From: Capsulimonadaceae bacterium
Lineage (GTDB): Bacteria > Armatimonadota > Armatimonadia > Armatimonadales > Capsulimonadaceae
Length of the DNA: 64,000 nt
Reading direction: 5' to 3'
Assembly (NCBI GenBank): GCA_965215505.1
Contig: OZ244065.1
Span: forward strand, 4,896,001-4,960,000
The notes under the pieces were generated by a model, which did not search any database, was not told where the DNA came from, and saw nothing but the letters and a program-made list of their open reading frames with translations. Positions 28,113-36,753 of this stretch are shown piece after piece. How positions within the stretch are numbered: the stretch's first letter is position 1; each line of letters begins with the position of its first letter. Both the position numbers and the translations under genes were made by a program.

Positions 28113-30410
28113 ATGAACGAGCTTCAACCGAACAACCCCGAGATGGGCATCAAAGAATTCGTGGCCGTCCTGCGCCGGCGATTCTGGGTCATCCTGCCCA
28201 TCCTGCTGCTCTGCGTGGCGGGCGCGTATGCCGTGACCATGGGAACCCCCTGGACCAAGGGCATCCCCAAGTCCTACCGCGCCGAGTCGGAGCTGCAACT
28301 GATCCAGCGCGCTTCGACCGCCAGCAACGACTCGGTGGACGGCATGAACACGCAGACCGTTGACCCGATCGAAACCGAGCTGGCTCTGATCCAGAACCGC
28401 GAGATGGCCCGGCGGACAGCGGCGGAGCTAAAGAACAAGGCAATCGGGGCGGGCCTGACGACCGACACTTCTTCCCTGTCCTCGCTGGCTGACGCCATCC
28501 AGAGGGCCGTGAAGGTCACCAACCCGACCGACTCCAACCTTCTGATCGTCACGGCGGATGCGAACGAACCGGGGCAGGCGAGTGACCTCGCCAACGCGGT
28601 CGCCAACGCATTCGTCGAGTATAAGAGGACCCTCGCGACGCGCGACATGACTCTCGCCCAGGCTAACCTGGAGCGCCGGGCCGCCCGCGCCCACACCGCC
28701 ATGCTCGCGGCCCAGCAGAAAGAAACAAACTTCAAACTGGCACACCACCTGTCGGACGTGGATGCGGAAGACAAATCGGTGAACGAACAGCGGAACAGCT
28801 CGAACAGTCAGGTCGCCGTACTCACCGGGAGGCTCGCCTCCCTGTCCGCCACCGCCGCCCAGCTGGACACACAGCTCAAGGCGGCGAACGCCGCCGTCCA
28901 GTCGGAAGGCGGCGTCCCCGATGAGGCCCTCGCACAAAGGCTCCAGCAGGAACTGGGTCAGCTCAAAGCGCAGCGCCATGACGCCGGGCAGCAATACACC
29001 TACGACTTCCCCGGCACGCCCACCCTCCCCTCGCTCCGTAGCCTGGACGCCCAGATCGCGGAAACGCAGAGGCAGTTCGACGCGGCCAAGAAGGCCGCCA
29101 CGAACAACGCCGTACCCACCCTGGCGGCGCGGAGCGCCCTCGCCACTGAAGACGCCGCCGCCCACACGCAGGAGGTCGCCGCCCAGCAGGAACTGAACTC
29201 AGCCGTCGCCGCCCAGAACGCCTATCAGCAGCGGGTCGAGGGCATGCCCAGCCTTCAGCAGCAGTACGGCCGGTTGAGCCTGAATGCTGACCTCGCGGCT
29301 GACCTTTACAAGCACCTCCAGGCCTCCCTGGAAGCGACCCGGCTCCAGCTTGGCCTAGTCTCCGGGAACGTGACCATCACCCAGTTCGCCGAGGCGCCTC
29401 AGCTCCCTTACAAGCCCGACCTCAAGACGAACCTGGTGCTGGGGCTTGCCCTCGGCGCACTGATCTCGCTCGGCCTGGTCATGCTCCTGGAGCAGACCGA
29501 CCAGCGCGTCCGGACGCTCGACGAGGTGCGCGCCCTGGTCTCGGGGCCGATCATCGGCATGCTCCCCCGCACCTCGCGCGGCCAGATGACCGCGCTGGCC
29601 CAGGGCCGCCTGCTGCCGCAATTCGAAGAGGCTTTCAGCCTGGTGCGCGTCAACCTCTCCTACGTCATGCGCCACTCCATGATGCGCGAACAGGCCGAGC
29701 ATCAGACCATCCTGGTGACCAGCGCGGTCCCCGGCGAGGGCAAGTCCGTCACCGCCGCCGAACTCGCGCGCTCCATGGCCGAGGCAGGCAAGTCCGTCAT
29801 CCTCGTGGATGCCAACCTGCGCCGCCCGTCACAGAACGTCCTGTTCCAGACCGGCGAGTCGGGCGGCCTGACCGACGTCCTCTCGGGGCAGCTCCCCCTG
29901 GACGAGGCCATCGCCACGTCAAACGTCGAAAACCTTTCCATCCTCAACAGCGGCGTCAGCACCCAGAACCCGACCGTCTTGCTGTCGCAGCCGCGCCTGG
30001 CGTCCGTCATGGAAGCCCTGCGCTTCAAGGCGGACGTGGTCATCATAGACGCGCCCGACTGCACCTCCGTCGCCGACACGCTCCTGCTCACCGCCCACGC
30101 CGACTGTCTGCTGCAAGTGGTGAGAGCGGGCATGGTGGACATGGAGACGCTGCACAACGCCTCCATGGCCCTCCACGCCACCGGCAAGAAGGTGACCATC
30201 CTGGCGAACGGGCTGACCCGCCCGCAGCAGCGCGCCTTCCGGTCGCGCTTCGCCTACGCCGCCCTGTCCAGCCAGAGCGAGACGCCGGCCCTGCCGCAGA
30301 CCTTCGACAAGACCATGGTGATGAACCGCTCCCGCGACCTCATCTTCTCCAAATCGGCGCACAAGTCGCTCGACAACCCAGAAGGAACGCCGGAGCAGAA
30401 CGAAGCGTAA
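28113..30410 (+). CDS. Wzc-like polysaccharide co-polymerase / BY-kinase fusion
   Basis: Two TM helices around a coiled-coil periplasmic region; VTSAVPGEGKS, LVDANLRRP and VVIIDAP motifs. Confidence 0.88.
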   Translation: MNELQPNNPEMGIKEFVAVLRRRFWVILPILLLCVAGAYAVTMGTPWTKGIPKSYRAESELQLIQRASTASNDSVDGMNTQTVDPIETELALIQNREMARRTAAELKNKAIGAGLTTDTSSLSSLADAIQRAVKVTNPTDSNLLIVTADANEPGQASDLANAVANAFVEYKRTLATRDMTLAQANLERRAARAHTAMLAAQQKETNFKLAHHLSDVDAEDKSVNEQRNSSNSQVAVLTGRLASLSATAAQLDTQLKAANAAVQSEGGVPDEALAQRLQQELGQLKAQRHDAGQQYTYDFPGTPTLPSLRSLDAQIAETQRQFDAAKKAATNNAVPTLAARSALATEDAAAHTQEVAAQQELNSAVAAQNAYQQRVEGMPSLQQQYGRLSLNADLAADLYKHLQASLEATRLQLGLVSGNVTITQFAEAPQLPYKPDLKTNLVLGLALGALISLGLVMLLEQTDQRVRTLDEVRALVSGPIIGMLPRTSRGQMTALAQGRLLPQFEEAFSLVRVNLSYVMRHSMMREQAEHQTILVTSAVPGEGKSVTAAELARSMAEAGKSVILVDANLRRPSQNVLFQTGESGGLTDVLSGQLPLDEAIATSNVENLSILNSGVSTQNPTVLLSQPRLASVMEALRFKADVVIIDAPDCTSVADTLLLTAHADCLLQVVRAGMVDMETLHNASMALHATGKKVTILANGLTRPQQRAFRSRFAYAALSSQSETPALPQTFDKTMVMNRSRDLIFSKSAHKSLDNPEGTPEQNEA

Positions 30411-30498
30411 TCAAGAAAGCGTACCAGGAGGCCGGGAGCCGCCCCCGCGCGGCTTCCCCGCCCAGAAGACAGACCCCGAAGTCGAGAGGACGTGACCG

Positions 30499-31704
30499 AT
30501 GAAACCCCAAATGATCCCCCTGGCGCTGCTGGCGGCACTGGCCGCCGCACCTGCCAGTGCGCAGATGATGCCGATCGCGCCCGTGACGCCCGCCTCCCCG
30601 GCGAGGCCTGTGACGGTCTCCCCCGATTACAAGATCGCTGAGGGGGACGTACTCGGCGTCAACGTCGTCAACTTCCCCAACCTGTCCATGCCCCAGACGA
30701 TGGTCACTCCTGGAGGCAACATCTCTGTCCCCCTGCTGGACCAAGTTCCGGTCGTTGGCATGACTCAGGACCAGGTGAAGCGCCTGCTGACGACCAAGTG
30801 GCGGAAGTACGTCCACAACCCGGCGGTCAATGTATTCCTGACGCAGAAGCACGCGCAGGTGATCAGGCTGAGCGGCTCCCTGAACCATACTGGGAGTATA
30901 GACTACACGCCTGACCTCCATGTGCTGCAAGCCCTCGCTCAGATGGGCGGCGCTTTGCCATCCGCCGATGCCACGAAGGCCGTTCTGCAACACACCGACG
31001 GGACTCAACAGGTTCTTGACCTGAGCAACCCAGAAAGCAAGGCCGGCACGGATGTGGATGTCCTGCTCCAACCGGGTGACACCCTGATCATCCCTGACCA
31101 GAAGGGCAAGGTAGGCATCGTCGGTGAAGTCAAGAATCCAGGCAACCTCTTCTACAAAGAAAACCTGACCGTGCTGGACGCCATCAACCTCAGCGGTGGC
31201 ATCAACCCGGACACCGCCGACTTGTACAATTCCACGCTGACGCACAACGGCGTGACAAAAAAGATAGACCTGTACGCGCTTCTGCACAACGGCGATCTCA
31301 CTGCCAATGCCCCGCTCGTGGCCGGGGACATCCTAACCATCCCCGAACTGCACAACCGCACCTACGTCTTCGGCGATGTGGGGCGGCCCGGTTACTACTA
31401 CTACAAGCTGGGGGATCGTATCCTTGACGCCTTGAACAGCGCTCAGGTCGCTCCCGACGCGGACACCGGCAAGATCAACCTGATACACACGAACGCCGAC
31501 AAGACGTTGTCGAAAATGGTTCGCGTGAACGCGGACGAATTCTTGCAGCACGGCAACATCATCGGGAACCCCGAAGTGCAGCCGGGCGACTCGCTGTACA
31601 TCCCGAAGAAGCACGAGCAGTTCAACGCTAATACCGTCTTGCAGACGCTCACAGGAGTCGGTGCGCTCGCGAACACCACCTATTTGCTGCGAACCGTTCA
31701 CTAA
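30499..31704 (+). CDS. Wza-like polysaccharide export protein with SLBB repeats
   Basis: YKIAEGDVL, GNISVPLL, VGEVKNPG and VFGDVGRPG motifs; signal peptide. Confidence 0.88.
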   Translation: MKPQMIPLALLAALAAAPASAQMMPIAPVTPASPARPVTVSPDYKIAEGDVLGVNVVNFPNLSMPQTMVTPGGNISVPLLDQVPVVGMTQDQVKRLLTTKWRKYVHNPAVNVFLTQKHAQVIRLSGSLNHTGSIDYTPDLHVLQALAQMGGALPSADATKAVLQHTDGTQQVLDLSNPESKAGTDVDVLLQPGDTLIIPDQKGKVGIVGEVKNPGNLFYKENLTVLDAINLSGGINPDTADLYNSTLTHNGVTKKIDLYALLHNGDLTANAPLVAGDILTIPELHNRTYVFGDVGRPGYYYYKLGDRILDALNSAQVAPDADTGKINLIHTNADKTLSKMVRVNADEFLQHGNIIGNPEVQPGDSLYIPKKHEQFNANTVLQTLTGVGALANTTYLLRTVH

Positions 31705-31710
31705 ATCCCT

Positions 31711-32604
31711 ATGATCACACAGGCAGGAACAACGCAGGGCACGCCGCCCGTCGGGGGCGGGATGACGGCATCCTCACCGGCCTGGGACCGGTGGCTGCCC
31801 CTCGTCTTCGCCGTGGGCGTGCTGGCGCTATACGCGCCGACGCTGGCGAAGGCGGCGCAGGAATGGACGATCAACGACAACTACGCGCACGGGTTCTTCA
31901 TCTTCCCGCTGTGCGCCTTCCTTCTCTGGTTGCGGCGCGATGACCTGCGCCAGGTGGAGCGCCGCCCGAACGCCTGGGGCTTCCTGCCGCTTGTCGTGGG
32001 GGTGGTCTGGCAGTCCCTGAGCTACACCCTCCAGCTCCGGTACATCGGCATCTGGACGCTGCCACTGACTCTGGTCGGCGGCGTCCTGCTGCTGTACGGG
32101 CCGGCGATGCTGCCCCTGGTCCGGTTCGCCATCCTCTTTTCTTTTCTGGCGTACCCGCTGCCGCACTCCCTCCTTAACGGCCTGACGGTCAAGATACAGT
32201 CCGCCAGCACGGACGGAGCGACCACCCTGATGACCACGCTGGGATACCCGCTGATCAAGCAGGGGAATGTCATCCAGGTCCCAGGTGCCTCGCTGGAGGT
32301 CGCCGAGGCGTGCAGCGGCTTTCACAAGCTGCTCAGTTTGACGGCGTTCACGTTGCTCTACAGCTACCTGTTCACGACCAGCCAGTGGAGACGGGCGATC
32401 CTGATCGCCGCCGTCCTGCCGCTGGCGCTGCTGGTAAACGTCCTGCGGATTTCCGGCCTGATCGCCTTCGCGGCGGCCGGCGGGCTGCCCGCGCTCCACG
32501 CGGCGCATGACGGCGCGGAATACTGCGCCATCGCCCTGGCGTTCGGGCTGCTGATATTGTTAGGAAGGATTCTCGGATGCCGAACAATGCGCTTCTCCCT
32601 CTGA
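31711..32604 (+). CDS. Exosortase (EpsH/Xrt family)
   Basis: YAHGFFI; catalytic Cys/Arg/His in VAEACSG, NVLRI and AHDG; multiple TM helices. Confidence 0.92.
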   Translation: MITQAGTTQGTPPVGGGMTASSPAWDRWLPLVFAVGVLALYAPTLAKAAQEWTINDNYAHGFFIFPLCAFLLWLRRDDLRQVERRPNAWGFLPLVVGVVWQSLSYTLQLRYIGIWTLPLTLVGGVLLLYGPAMLPLVRFAILFSFLAYPLPHSLLNGLTVKIQSASTDGATTLMTTLGYPLIKQGNVIQVPGASLEVAEACSGFHKLLSLTAFTLLYSYLFTTSQWRRAILIAAVLPLALLVNVLRISGLIAFAAAGGLPALHAAHDGAEYCAIALAFGLLILLGRILGCRTMRFSL

Positions 32605-33215
32605 TGGGCTGCGCCCTGATTCTGTCGGCCGTCGCCGCCGACTACGGCCTGGGACAGCTTGACGTGCCGAAGCCCCACCGCCTGCCCATCGAGGGCTTCC
32701 CCGCAGTGGTCGGTGACTGGAAGGCGGGGCCGGTCCAGGAAGTAGACGCGGACATCCAGAAGCGGCTGCCGACGGCGAAGATCGTGGAGCGCGTTTACAC
32801 CAACCCGTCCGGGCAGACGATGGACCTGATGCTGCTGACGGCCACCGAGGACGAGGACATGCACAGCCCCAAGGCCTGCTTCCCCTCGCAGGGCTGGACC
32901 CTCAGCAATGTGAAGGAAACCCAGGTGGACGGTCAGCCGATGACCCAGATGACCGCCGACATGGACGGGCGGGGGAAACTGGCCGTCCTGTACTGGCTGA
33001 CCGGGTACTATGCGCCCGCCCCGCCCCGGAACGCCCTGCTGCAAAAAGCGTCCGTCTGGCGGACCCACCTGATGGGAGCGCACAACAGCATGTCCCTGTT
33101 CGTGCGGATCACCGCCCCCGATACGCCGCTAAACGATCGGGCGATGACCGATTTCACGTCCGCGCTTCACGACCCGCTGAAAGCGCTGGTGCAGTCGGGC
33201 GCGAGTCCCTCATAG
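32577..33215 (+). CDS. Exosortase-associated EpsI-family protein
   Basis: FPAVVGDW, RVYTNP, HSPKACFPSQGW and VLYW motifs; overlaps the exosortase stop. Confidence 0.85.
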   Translation: MPNNALLPLMGCALILSAVAADYGLGQLDVPKPHRLPIEGFPAVVGDWKAGPVQEVDADIQKRLPTAKIVERVYTNPSGQTMDLMLLTATEDEDMHSPKACFPSQGWTLSNVKETQVDGQPMTQMTADMDGRGKLAVLYWLTGYYAPAPPRNALLQKASVWRTHLMGAHNSMSLFVRITAPDTPLNDRAMTDFTSALHDPLKALVQSGASPS

Positions 33216-33309
33216 GCACCCCGCCCGCATGCCGCCCCGTCCCGCTTTGACTGAACGCGCCGTCTCACGATCAATCTTCACAATCCATTGTCTTAAAGGT
33301 AGTACCACC

Positions 33310-34356
33310 ATGTCAATCCCGCCCACGCCGGTCCCGCCCGTCCTGCGCCCGAAGAACGAGAAAAACGTCATCGCCAGCCGGGAAACGTCCCCGCCGCTCA
33401 TGGCCTTGCAGTCGCGCTGGCCGACCCTGCTGCCCTGGGGCGCCGCCGCCCTCGGCCTGCTGATCGGCTTCCTCGGCGGCTACCTGATCATGCGCCACCG
33501 CCACGAGGGCCAGAAAGTCGTCGCCGCCGTCAACGGCGTCCAGATCACACAGGACCAACTGTTCATACGGCTGCAGGAGGCCGCAGGGCAGCAGGCCGTC
33601 CACAAAATGGTGGAGGAAGAGCTTCAACTGCAATTCGCGGCCAAGGAGGGCGTCGCCCCCACGGACGCCCAGGTGGATGCGCGGTACAAGGCCATCCAGA
33701 AGGACCCGCGCTTCCTGCCCGCCCTGCGCGCCAGCGGTATGTCCCTGGAAGACTACAAGCACAGCCTGCGCGTCCGGCTGGCCCAGGCCAACGTGGTGAC
33801 CCAGAAGGTCACGGTCACGGACGCCGAGGTGCAGGACTTCTACAAAACGCAGAGCGACCCGAACAACCCGCAGGCGCAGTTCTACAAGCCCGCCACCATG
33901 ACCTTCCGTGTGATCGCCACGGCGAGTCAGGCGACGGCGCAGCGCGCCCTTTCGGACCTCAACGTCAGCAACACCCCGTTTGAGCTGGTCGCCTCCACAT
34001 ACAGCATTGACCCGAGCAAGAGTGTTGGCGGCCTGATCGCACCTTTGCAGCGCGGGCGGTCGCCCCTCTCCCAGAACCCGGCCCTGGAGGCCAGCCTCTT
34101 CAACCTGAAGGTCGGGCAGGTGTTCGGGCCGGTGAGCTTCAACAAGGGGTGGTGGATCTTCCGGTGCGAAGACAAATCTTTGGGGCAGGCGCTCCCCTTC
34201 GACAGCATCAAGGAGGAGGCGGTCCTCGGCGCGGAGATCGTGAAGGGGACGAAGATCAACGGGCCTGCCGTTGAAGCGAGATTCCAGGACTTCGAGCGCA
34301 CCTCCACCCTCCAGCCGTTCTGGACACAGTACGAACACGCGGTGACTGGGCGTTAG
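33310..34356 (+). CDS. SurA/PrsA-type peptidyl-prolyl isomerase (EpsD-like)
   Basis: TM anchor; VAAVNGVQIT, VTDAEVQDFY and FELVASTYSIDP-SKSVGG motifs. Confidence 0.82.
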   Translation: MSIPPTPVPPVLRPKNEKNVIASRETSPPLMALQSRWPTLLPWGAAALGLLIGFLGGYLIMRHRHEGQKVVAAVNGVQITQDQLFIRLQEAAGQQAVHKMVEEELQLQFAAKEGVAPTDAQVDARYKAIQKDPRFLPALRASGMSLEDYKHSLRVRLAQANVVTQKVTVTDAEVQDFYKTQSDPNNPQAQFYKPATMTFRVIATASQATAQRALSDLNVSNTPFELVASTYSIDPSKSVGGLIAPLQRGRSPLSQNPALEASLFNLKVGQVFGPVSFNKGWWIFRCEDKSLGQALPFDSIKEEAVLGAEIVKGTKINGPAVEARFQDFERTSTLQPFWTQYEHAVTGR

Positions 34357-34371
34357 CCGGTGCCTTGACTG

Positions 34372-34430
34372 GGCGGATACGGAAGGGGATGCGCTTTGAC
34401 GGCGGCCTTTTCCGTGTCCGCCTTCTTTTT
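34372..34430 (+). terminator. Probable terminator
   Basis: GGCGGATACGGAAGGG...CTTTTCCGTGTCCGCC followed by TTCTTTTT. Confidence 0.6.
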
Positions 34431-34634
34431 GTCTTTTTCGGCGAATGGTTGTCCGGCTGACAGCAATATCTTCCCGCCGGTGTTATAATGACCCAAGACG
34501 GCCTCGGATTTGCGCCCTGTACGGATGTTCATCCGGAATAGTTGCAGGGACAAATGGTTGTGGCTAATGTTTTGGCAGTTCCTGTCGGCAAATAACTTAG
34601 CTTTTTTGCTGATAATGCCGCAAAAACGCAGAGT

Positions 34635-34650
34635 TGGCACGGAATTTGCA
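34635..34650 (+). promoter_or_regulatory. Sigma54 promoter of PEP-CTERM gene 1
   Basis: TGGCACGGAATTTGCA, a consensus match. Confidence 0.85.
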
Positions 34651-34660
34651 GTAAGAAGAC

Positions 34661-34815
34661 TGGTACAAGTCTCAGCTAAGTTTTACAGGGAAGGCAGCTC
34701 AAGGACGAGGGGATCGAGTGGAGACATTTCAGTACCGACTTGCGGACTGTAGTGTACGGCCTGTACCCAGCCTCAGCGCGGTAAGCCCGCCACCCGAAAG
34801 GAGACTGTGCCACCA
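34661..34815 (+). ncRNA. Candidate structured 5' leader RNA, copy 1 (unknown class)
   Basis: Begins at the predicted +1; closing stem TGGTACAAGTCTC/GAGACTGTGCCA; helices conserved with copy 2 despite sequence divergence. Confidence 0.6.
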
Positions 34816-34914
34816 AGTCAATCACTCATTCGCGGCGGCGGTGACGACTCGCGGGACCAGACCGCACTCTAACAGCAATCCTGATCGCATCAAGAAGACA
34901 CAGAGAAAACAAAC

Positions 34915-35406
34915 ATGAACAAGATCACTTCCACTCTCACCGGCCTCGCCCTCGTGGCGGCCGCGAGCGTTGCCCCCGCCTTCGCGCAGGCCGGCAACCT
35001 CTTCACCCCCGTGGGCGGCAGCCCGTTCACCGTCGTCGGCGTCGGGACGGCCAACTTCACCGCCACCGGCACGGCGATGTTCAACGCGGCTGGCAGCACC
35101 TCGGTCACCTCAGTGCCGTTCACCATCACCGGTTCGGACACGAACGGTGCGCTTTACACGATTAAGACGTACACGCTGAACGGCGTATTGGATACGACCG
35201 CGCCCGGTGCGTTCTTCATCGTGGCGACCCTGCCCTCGGGCGCCACCTCGGTCGCCAGCGTCGGCTCGTTGCCGAGCGGCAACACCTTCAACCTGGTCAA
35301 CGCCCCGGTCCCCGAGGCCAGCACGGTCGTCTCCTTCGGCGCCCTACTCGCCCTCGGCGGCATGGCCGTCGTCCTGCGCCGCAAGGGCGTCAAGAACGCC
35401 GCCTAG
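34915..35406 (+). CDS. PEP-CTERM (exosortase substrate) protein 1
   Basis: Signal peptide ending AFA; Thr/Ser/Gly-rich body; VPEASTVVSFGALLALGGMAVVLRRK tail. Confidence 0.9.
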   Translation: MNKITSTLTGLALVAAASVAPAFAQAGNLFTPVGGSPFTVVGVGTANFTATGTAMFNAAGSTSVTSVPFTITGSDTNGALYTIKTYTLNGVLDTTAPGAFFIVATLPSGATSVASVGSLPSGNTFNLVNAPVPEASTVVSFGALLALGGMAVVLRRKGVKNAA

Positions 35407-35452
35407 GGGCCGCCGCCCGCGCGCCTCGGTGCCGGGCTCGGCTACCCATTCC

Positions 35453-35481
35453 AGCCGCCCCCCTTTCGGGGGCGGCTTTTT
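35453..35481 (+). terminator. Intrinsic terminator
   Basis: AGCCGCCCCC/GGGGGCGGCT stem followed by a T run. Confidence 0.85.
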
Positions 35482-35635
35482 ATTCAAGCAGGAACCGGTT
35501 CAGGGCGGCGATTTTCGCGGCGATTTTCAAGGTTAGCCGTTGCCCCTTTGGGTACAACAGTAAGGAAAACCTGGCCACCCGGAAACACTCCTTGAGACTC
35601 CCTTGTTAGCGTCTATTTACCAAAAACACGCAGGT

Positions 35636-35651
35636 TGGCATGAAATTTGCA
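35636..35651 (+). promoter_or_regulatory. Sigma54 promoter of PEP-CTERM gene 2
   Basis: TGGCATGAAATTTGCA. Confidence 0.85.
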
Positions 35652-35661
35652 GTGTGATCAA

Positions 35662-35825
35662 TGGTAGTCGTCTCGGCTGAACCGTCTCACGGGACGGTAA
35701 GGCCGAACGGAGACGCTCCAGTGTCTGACAAAGACATCGCGGCAACACCACGCGACTTTCCGTGTGGGGCCTGTGCCCGGACTCAGTACGGCGTATTCGC
35801 CATCCGAAAGGAGACTGTGCCACCA
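35662..35825 (+). ncRNA. Candidate structured 5' leader RNA, copy 2 (unknown class)
   Basis: Begins at the predicted +1; closing stem TGGTA...GTCTC/GAGAC...TGCCA; last 58 nt align without gaps to copy 1 (46/58). Confidence 0.6.
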
Positions 35826-35962
35826 CCAAAAACACAACACTCGGCCGCAGCAATGACTCCAAGGTACGGCCGCAATTGGGCGTCCTTCTCAGTCGCGGTT
35901 CTTGCAGCATCTACTGCACAAGAGCATCTCGATCGCATCGAAAAGACACAGAGAAAACAAGC

Positions 35963-36460
35963 ATGAACAAGATCACTTCCACTCTCACCGGCCTCGCCCT
36001 CGTGGCGGCCGCGAGCGTTGCCCCCGCCTTCGCCCAGGGTAACCTCTTCACCCCGGTCGGCGGCGCGCCGTTCAGCATCACGACCTCCGGCTCGTCCTTC
36101 GTGGCCAGCGGCATCGCGAACTACAACCCGCTCGGCACCACCACGTCGTCCACGGCGACGTTCATCCTGTCGGGCACGGGCACCGGCCCGCTCTTCACGG
36201 TCACCTCGTTCGGGTTCACCCCTGCGGGTGGTTCGTTCGTCCCGGAGCCGTCCGGCAGCCTCTTCACCGTGGTTGGCCTGCCCACCGGAGCCACGTCTGT
36301 CTCCAGCGTCGGCTCGCTGCCTGACGGCACGACCTTCAACTTCGTCACCGCCCCGCCGGCGGTCCCCGAGGCCAGCACGGTCGTCTCCTTCGGTGCCCTG
36401 CTCGCCCTGGGCGGCATGGCCATCGTCCTGCGCCGCAAGGGCGTCAAGAACGCCGCCTAG
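35963..36460 (+). CDS. PEP-CTERM (exosortase substrate) protein 2
   Basis: Start MNKITSTL, paralog of 34915; VPEASTVVSFGALLALGGMAIVLRRK tail. Confidence 0.9.
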   Translation: MNKITSTLTGLALVAAASVAPAFAQGNLFTPVGGAPFSITTSGSSFVASGIANYNPLGTTTSSTATFILSGTGTGPLFTVTSFGFTPAGGSFVPEPSGSLFTVVGLPTGATSVSSVGSLPDGTTFNFVTAPPAVPEASTVVSFGALLALGGMAIVLRRKGVKNAA

Positions 36461-36516
36461 GGACCGCCCGCGCGCTCCGGCGCCCGGATGGCATCCCTAC
36501 ACGGGTTCCCGCCCCC

Positions 36517-36546
36517 GCCGCCCCCCTTACGGGGGGCGGCTTTTTT
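36517..36546 (+). terminator. Intrinsic terminator
   Basis: GCCGCCCCCC-TTAC-GGGGGGCGGC followed by TTTTTT. Confidence 0.88.
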
Positions 36547-36575
36547 ATTTGAGAGCGTGGCGGTTTCCGGGCGTT

Positions 36576-36591
36576 TGGCATGATTCTTGCA
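36576..36591 (+). promoter_or_regulatory. Sigma54 promoter for the glycosyltransferase operon
   Basis: TGGCATGATTCTTGCA. Confidence 0.8.
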
Positions 36592-36753
36592 AGAATGGAG
36601 AGTGGTGCTGCCGCAGGCTCCGCCGTGTTTTGCCGAGTATGGAGCTGGAAGTGGAGCTGGAATGCGTAGACCGTGCCGCCCCTTTTCGGGTAAACTGTCG
36701 GAAGTTACTTCGCTCCCTATCCAGCCACCGCTCCGCCGTGTCTTCGTCTTGCC

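Noticed and set aside
34661-35825. Assigning the leaders to glycine, cobalamin, c-di-AMP, c-di-GMP or lysine riboswitches, or to tRNA/tmRNA
   Set aside because: Only isolated words match (GGAGA, CCGAA, GGAGAC..GCC, ACCA). Their order is wrong, core consensus blocks are missing and there is no T-loop. This still needs an Rfam scan.
34718-35966. Upstream ORFs 34718-34918 and 35661-35966 ending in ATGA overlaps with the PEP-CTERM starts, and an AAGGAG-ACT-GTG possible start
   Set aside because: The reading frame through the conserved block differs between copies, the shared C-terminus only reflects the conserved translation-initiation region, and the SD-GTG spacing is just 3 nt.
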